Below, piece by piece: positions 10,840-12,243 of a DNA stretch of 12,243 nucleotides. The notes beneath the pieces are model-generated. The model was given only the letters and a program-made list of their open reading frames with translations, did not search any database and had not been told where the DNA came from. This stretch comes from Amoeboradix gromovi X-113 (lineage: Eukaryota; Fungi; Sanchytriomycota). The position numbers and the translations under genes were made by a program. The stretch lies in NCBI GenBank assembly GCA_018985225.1, contig JADGIF010000266.1:1-12243 (forward strand), read 5' to 3'. The number at the start of each line of letters is the position of its first letter. Positions within the stretch are counted from its first letter, which is position 1.

Positions 10840-11786
10840 TTGGGACAGATTTTGCGAAAATGGCCCAGCTATAAGCCGGGGATACTCCCTGCGAGACTGT
10901 CTCATAGTAATAGCCCATTCAACTTCCTTGCTGCTGGCTTGGTTTTTCATGCCTGGTCTGATAATTTTGCATGATATTTCTGTGTCAGAAGCACCCTTTT
11001 TATCTTTATAAACACCTTGAAAAGTTGTTGACACTTTTGGGTTAGACGGTCATTATGAGATACTTCTCAATTCTCTTTAAGCGCTCGATGTGGGAACCAC
11101 AGCTACTATTACAACTTGCAGTACCTGGTCAGTTTCATATAATTTTTTGTGAGGCACAGCTGGATGTCTGTGAACACGATTTTCAAGCCATATCCTCAGT
11201 AAATTATTTTATTTTGAAATCTGCCTGTTCACAGCCATGAGACCTGCTCAACTAAAAGAGCCTCTCACATACGGACATAATGTAAATTAAAAATTTTTAT
11301 TGAATAGCATTATATCCAAGTTCCTCGTTAAAAAATTTCATTTGTAGGAAAATCAAGTATTCCCACAGAGAAACAGGCAAATACAGTCGCTGGGTTAGTG
11401 ATTGCAGATGCCTCCATTACCCTGAGGCGGGGTGAATAAGGATGCCAGTACATGTTTACATGTTTCTAACCAGCATGTGGCCTCTGCATACTTCCAAATG
11501 ACATTTTGTACATGTGTATGTTTCTAAGTTGGTTTCTTTAGAGCACCACACCTTGTATATGTCTGACTAGTAATGTTTCATTACGTTCAATCATAATCTT
11601 TCCTCTTTATTTACACTTGAACTTCAAGCGTTCCTTGAATACATCCTGCATGGAGACATTATTCATGAAAGTCCTAGAATAGTGACGATGGCTGCGTCCA
11701 TTTGTGAGAATGTTGCTTTAGGGTTACACCAAAAACAGTGCAAAATACAACCCTGGTAATCCATGACTCTAGAACATTCAAAATGA
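10840..11786 (+). pseudogene. Decayed relic B, the longest copy of the same family
   Basis: Aligns to 1-697 (best at 11319-11461), to 2118-2426, and more weakly to 7795-8070 (YSLRDCLIVIAH vs YPKECYKKNRITAH; ata att ttg vs ata atg ctg). It retains a 61-codon ATG-less open stretch at 11574-11756. AATAAA signals follow at 11833 and 11852. The left boundary is uncertain. Confidence 0.65.
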
Positions 11787-11905
11787 AAATAGTATGTTTG
11801 GGTGGTCCTTGTTGCTTGCGATAGAATGCACTAATAAAAGTATTTCAAGTCAATAAAAACTGGTCTTTTATTTGGATGTAGCAATGTGATTTAAAATGAT
11901 TTATT

Positions 11906-12243
11906 TCAAAATACTAACCCAAAGGCTTTATCTTGGCTTTCTTTTGTATTTTCACTGCTTTTACCCTGAATCAGCTTCCATCCCTTTATGGTTCGTGTGA
12001 ATGGTGTGTAGTATAGCACTGCTATTGCCACCATCACACTGAGCACACATCTGCCAATGATAAAATAGCTCCAACGAATTGTCATGTTGAGCTTTCCCGT
12101 ATTGTAGTTGAGGACAACAGACTGTAGCGTGTTGCTATAAGTAACATCAGAACCCATCGTGTAATACTGCGCAGTGCCTGTTGCGCTCTGCTGCCTTGAT
12201 CTTATTCGCAAGGATCTCGATCTGAGGATAGACTCGAGTGATT
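11906..12243 (-). CDS. 3' end of a probable membrane protein (partial, 5' end outside window)
   Basis: The frame is open to the window edge. It has a hydrophobic segment (WSYFIIGRCVLSVMVAIAVLYY) and a charged tail. TGA is followed immediately by AATAAA (11900-11905), as for the other genes. Confidence 0.6.
   Translation of the reverse strand, partial: SLESILRSRSLRIRSRQQSATGTAQYYTMGSDVTYSNTLQSVVLNYNTGKLNMTIRWSYFIIGRCVLSVMVAIAVLYYTPFTRTIKGWKLIQGKSSENTKESQDKAFGLVF

Noticed and set aside
10860-10970. Cluster of short hairpins plus an AATTTTG Sm-like site suggesting an snRNA
   Set aside because: The stems are very short and lack diagnostic U1, U2, U4 or U5 motifs. The region resembles the coding relic.
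11400-11520. Minus-strand HPYSP and TCTKCHLEVCRGH resembling Tc1/IS630 and piggyBac motifs
   Set aside because: They lie in different frames, with no DDE context or terminal inverted repeats. The synonymous pattern at 11610-11633 favours a + strand ancestor.

Overview
AT-rich, very gene-dense eukaryotic DNA. The proteins look fungal or holomycotan, so this is inferred to be a streamlined early-diverging fungus or relative. The standard code appears to apply, since both TAA and TGA end conserved genes. Genes in order: IES6 (+), SDS22 (+), a zf-HIT Hit1/ZNHIT3-like protein (+), an OXR1/TLDc protein (-), an unrecognised 1429-aa helical protein (+), CDC48 (-) and the 3' end of a probable membrane protein (-). 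Three things stand out. (1) CDC48 is split by an ultra-short 19-nt GT-AG intron (8568-8586) that the ORF track misses. (2) Every large intergenic gap holds a co-oriented, decayed copy of one unrecognised protein-coding sequence (about 1-697, 2118-2426, 7795-8319, 10840-11786). One copy is fused in frame to the C-terminus of the 1429-aa ORF, and two copies share a 179-bp block with only 2 mismatches. (3) AATAAA-type signals sit at or just after the stop codons, and a near-identical bidirectional 15-16-bp motif occurs at both convergent junctions. All alignments were done by eye, so boundaries of the decayed copies are approximate.
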